NCBI RefSeq assembly: GCF_009914755.1
Contig: NC_060926.1
DNA length: 64,000 nucleotides
Source of the DNA: the human T2T-CHM13v2.0 reference genome, Homo sapiens
Direction: 5' to 3' (one strand)
A model generated the notes under the pieces. It searched no databases and was not told the origin of the DNA. It saw nothing but the letters and a program-made list of their open reading frames with translations. Shown here piece by piece: positions 60,324 to 64,000 of the stretch. The position numbers were made by a program, and so were the translations under genes. Within the stretch, counting starts at the first letter, position 1. Each line of letters starts with the position of its first letter.

Positions 60324-62429
60324 TGTGTGTGTGTGTGTGTGTGTAACATCAGGACTTTGAATGCCTGAATCTATTTGGTAATATCATATACAGAGGGTTG
60401 TGGTTAAAATCGAATGAAATGCTATTTGTGCCATTACTTTGTAAGCGATAGAGTATTCCACAAATGCTTGTAATCATTAGCTATTAAGCCACATAGAAAA
60501 TTTTAACTACATGCTTCAGTATTCATGAAAATTAATTATAGTCAGTCTTATTCACAAGTGTAAATTGAGTATTACATTTTAAAATCAGAAGTTATCAGAA
60601 GTAGAGTGTCTCTCCACATAAAATATTTGTTCAGTAACATTACCATTTAAGTATAATGAGATTTGATGACAATTAAAGCATACAGAAGGAAAAATAATAT
60701 TGTATAGAGGAATGGATAAGATTTTACAGAATGAGTAATAATATTGGAACAGAACTAAGATGTCAAAATTCCAGCTACTTACATTTTATTTTAATAAAAG
60801 TAGATAATTTGCATGAGTCTTGAAAGGCAACAAATTCAATTGATAGACTTAATTCTCACTAACAAGAAACAACGAAGTGCTGTGGTAATGATGGAAGGAA
60901 CAGAAAATCTTGGGGGATTTATAATAGAGAAGGAAGGGAACTTTTGGGACAATTAATATATATATTATAAGCTTTGGGAGAAAAACTTCGTAAAAATACA
61001 AAGAAAATATGTATTATCCAATAGCCAGATGCTCTGGAGGTAAATATGGCTAAAGACAAATGAGAAATACTAAAAATAGAGTAGAAACTCTAAAAAATAT
61101 AAATTTAGAGATAAGATTTAAGAGGAAATCAATGAAAAGACATCAAAGGTAACCGTGGTGGCTGAGTTCAGAGCTCTCTGATAGCTCCCATTTTAAATCT
61201 GCACCTAGGAGCATGGCTACCTCATCTCTGCCTTCTGCAGGCAGGAATGAGAGGCAGCGGAACAAGGAGGAGGTGAGAGAAAATGGCTTCTACTAAAGTA
61301 GTGGAGGTGTCTTTATAACATGACTCAAGCTCAGTAAGAAGATAGTAACTCTTTTGCATAATTTGGTCCAAAATTAAGCAAACAGTTCAGGTTTCTTGTA
61401 AGGATTGCTGACAGAAGAACAACATGCACAGTGTGATGTTGGATTTTTTTATACATAAACCAAGAGAAATAGAAAAAGAGAAAAATAAAACTGTATCCAG
61501 AGTACAAGACCTCATGGATGTCTCCACTCTTTCTCCATTTTCAGTTTTTGTAAACTTCTCCTGCAAAAAGCCACAATGGCTTTGCTTTAAAACCCATACC
61601 AGGGATCAAGATTTCCAAGTCACAGGAGAAGCAAAACAATAAGGTTAAAAGAATTAGTTGAGGGAGAAACAGGAAGGGTGTAAAGAGGTAAGAGGGTATC
61701 TTTGTAGACGACTCTCCACCATCCAATGGAAAGCCACACAGACACAGGCCAAGTGTCTGTAGGTGAGACCCAGACCATATGTAGTGTACCTGAGTAAGCT
61801 AAGCGATGCCAAAGGCACAGCCTCTTCCACCCCCTCTCCTGACTATAAAATTCAAACGTACCACTGGGAACATGGAGTAAAGAAATGCTTAAACTTCTTA
61901 GAGGTTCATTCTGTTTTTTTCCACAGACATGAAAGAAATAGATTCCACCCCTATTCCCTCCTAGCCAATGACAGGCACCTGAGACAACTTCACAGCTGAC
62001 AGTAGAACATAAAGTGAGTTATTTTGAATAATCAAAACAGCTGAATCTGATTTCCATGACCACATTTTCCCAATCCACAGAGGAGGGTTAGGACACATCG
62101 AGGGGTGCCAGGTTATATTTAGAGAGAATACTCTCCAGAATTTGAACTTCAGCTGCTACATGTGACACACACTGGGATAAATTATCCCATTAAAACTGAG
62201 AAAAGGATACAAGTTCGTAGACTATCGCAATCATTTTGCAGTAAATGATTGCAAGATGAACAGAAACTAGCCCTAGTGGCTTTAAGGAAATCATCATAGG
62301 ACCATAGGGGAGAGAAAGAGACTTCTCTGAGAAAGGAATCACATTATTTTGAAGAATGTGTTGAACCAATTTTACTGGACAGAGAACTGAATGTATTTAG
62401 TGTAAGTACAAAGTCACACACACAAAAAC

Positions 62430-62860
62430 TGTAGCAATGTTGCAGATGACTCACCCATATACCCTAGCATGCATCATTCTGGAGCACAATAACCCAGTGG
62501 CTTCCAGCTGGAAACACTTGCAGCTCTTTGCTTGAGGGCTTTCTCTCAACCACAGAGCTTACTCAGTCAGTAGGAAATGCCACACAAAGTACTTTGAAGT
62601 TAATTATCATCCTTACCTTCTTGCCCTCTTAATAGCCCTTTACCTAAGACTGATAGAAATCGATGGATACATATTTCCATTCCTTGGCTTTCAGGTGGAA
62701 TAATTCTGAAGCATGCTTTATGCTGTCTCCTAGAATTCCCAAGTAGTTTTCCTCATGGCAGTAACCTATTATATAATCAATGTTAATAGGCTTTTTAAAT
62801 TTCCCTGACTCATTTCCTCACTCCCCATCTAGTGCTCCCCCACAATCACTTCTCTGAAGA
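62430..62860 (+). mobile_element. LTR16A-like ERVL LTR
   Basis: TGTAGC start; TAATTCTGAAGCATG..CTGTCTCCTAGAATTCCC..TTCCCTGACTCATTTCCTCACTCCCC. Confidence 0.65.
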
Positions 62861-63529
62861 GCATTCTGATATTGAGAAAGCTTATTGGATAGTGGAGGTA
62901 AAAGTCAATTATCAGGGCCCTCCGAAAATGGTACAAAATAACAGAGATTCTGGAATGGGCTAAGCAGCCAGAAATCACACACTGATGCCTAAGCCCCTTG
63001 AAATCAGATCCCCAAAAATAGGGTACCAGTGAGAATTGACGTTCAAGGTAGGCAAAGAATAAATGATTTCTAAGTCCCTTCTTTTAAAAGTTTATCTGTC
63101 CATGTCAAGGCCAATTGCATTCCAGACAACATGAACATAAAAATTATACTGGTTGTTCTGACATTTTTTAGGAAGATGTGATACTAGAAGAATGAAGGAA
63201 GCAAGTTTTGTCTTGATTTCAATTGTAATACTCAAAGGATGTATTTAATTCTACAGTGATGAGCTTGAAATCAAAAGAAGAGTTACTTTTAAAAATATAT
63301 AGTTTGTGGCCACTTTTTAAAAGAAGTGGTAATAAGTAATAAACAGCATTACAAATTAAGTTATTCCTTTTTCCAATAGATTCACTGACAAATTAGGAGG
63401 AAATCATTTTGTATCTTGATTGCAAGGCAACTGAGTTTCTTATGAGTTTTGGTAGATAAGATGGAAAATTCCCACTCAAAGATTATTAGCAGCTTGATAT
63501 ATATTATCTTTGCCATTGGATATGTGTTA

Positions 63530-63748
63530 TGCCTATCAAACTTGGCACTACTGGCATTTGGACAGGACAGTTGTCTGCTGGGGTGAAGGCAGGGCTGTCC
63601 TGTGCACTTCCGGTTGTTTAGTAGCATCCCTGATCTCTACCCTGTGGACATGAATAGGTCTCTCCACCCAAAACATGACAACCAAAACTGGGTCCTGACA
63701 TTACCAAATGTCTCCTGGGCAAAAATGCCCCTGGTTGAAAAGCACTGT
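63530..63748. mobile_element. MER20 (hAT-Charlie)
   Basis: GGCACTACTGGCATTTGG..GGGCTGTCCTGTGCA..TTTAGTAGCATCCCTG..CCAAATGTCTCCTGGG..CCTGGTTGAAAAGCACTG. Confidence 0.88.
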
Positions 63749-64000
63749 TTGCAGGGAGGTCTTTTTGAGGCCTCCCTCAGACCTCTTTCCTAATGAACTT
63801 ATTTTCATGTAAATGTATGCATAATTTGCCAATGATGAATATTAGGACGTGATATGAGAAAATCGAGATATAAATTTATCTCAACTGATCAATCTTCAAT
63901 ACAATGAAACTTCTCATGGTTAAATGTAAAATACTATATTTATATTCAAGTAATAAGTGTCTAGGTACAAGTTAAAGGAGACTTTACCTGGAAAAACTCT

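Overview
Human non-coding genomic DNA, intronic or intergenic (a near-perfect AluYb8 indicates human). It is AT-rich and dominated by transposable elements. I found no intact protein-coding gene. All long ORFs derive from L1, Tigger1, Alu, ERV or an RPL7 processed pseudogene. The most notable structure is a nested cluster at 22.9-28.8 kb. A solo LTR8 (minus strand, AAAC target-site duplication, TSD) is split by two inserts. The first is a twin-primed, inverted L1PA3-like element carrying a short 3' transduction. The second is an apparently L1-mobilised, polyadenylated copy of an LTR8-family ERV transcript (internal 3' end + PPT + U3-R, no U5, A-rich tail). That copy was itself hit by an AluSp and a full-length RPL7 retrocopy. 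The L1 and the RPL7 retrocopy sit at the homologous nucleotide of the two LTR8 copies, and a third LTR8 lies head-to-head 130 bp away. Other highlights: a 241-bp orphan polyadenylated retro-insertion with a 19-bp TSD, a MER85 (piggyBac/PGBD3 MITE) inside a near full-length Tigger1 inside a MIR, a young AluYb8, a full-length dead L1PA7/8-like element and a decayed ERVL gag-pro-pol. Subfamily names come from recalled consensus sequences rather than a RepeatMasker run, and boundaries of old elements are approximate.
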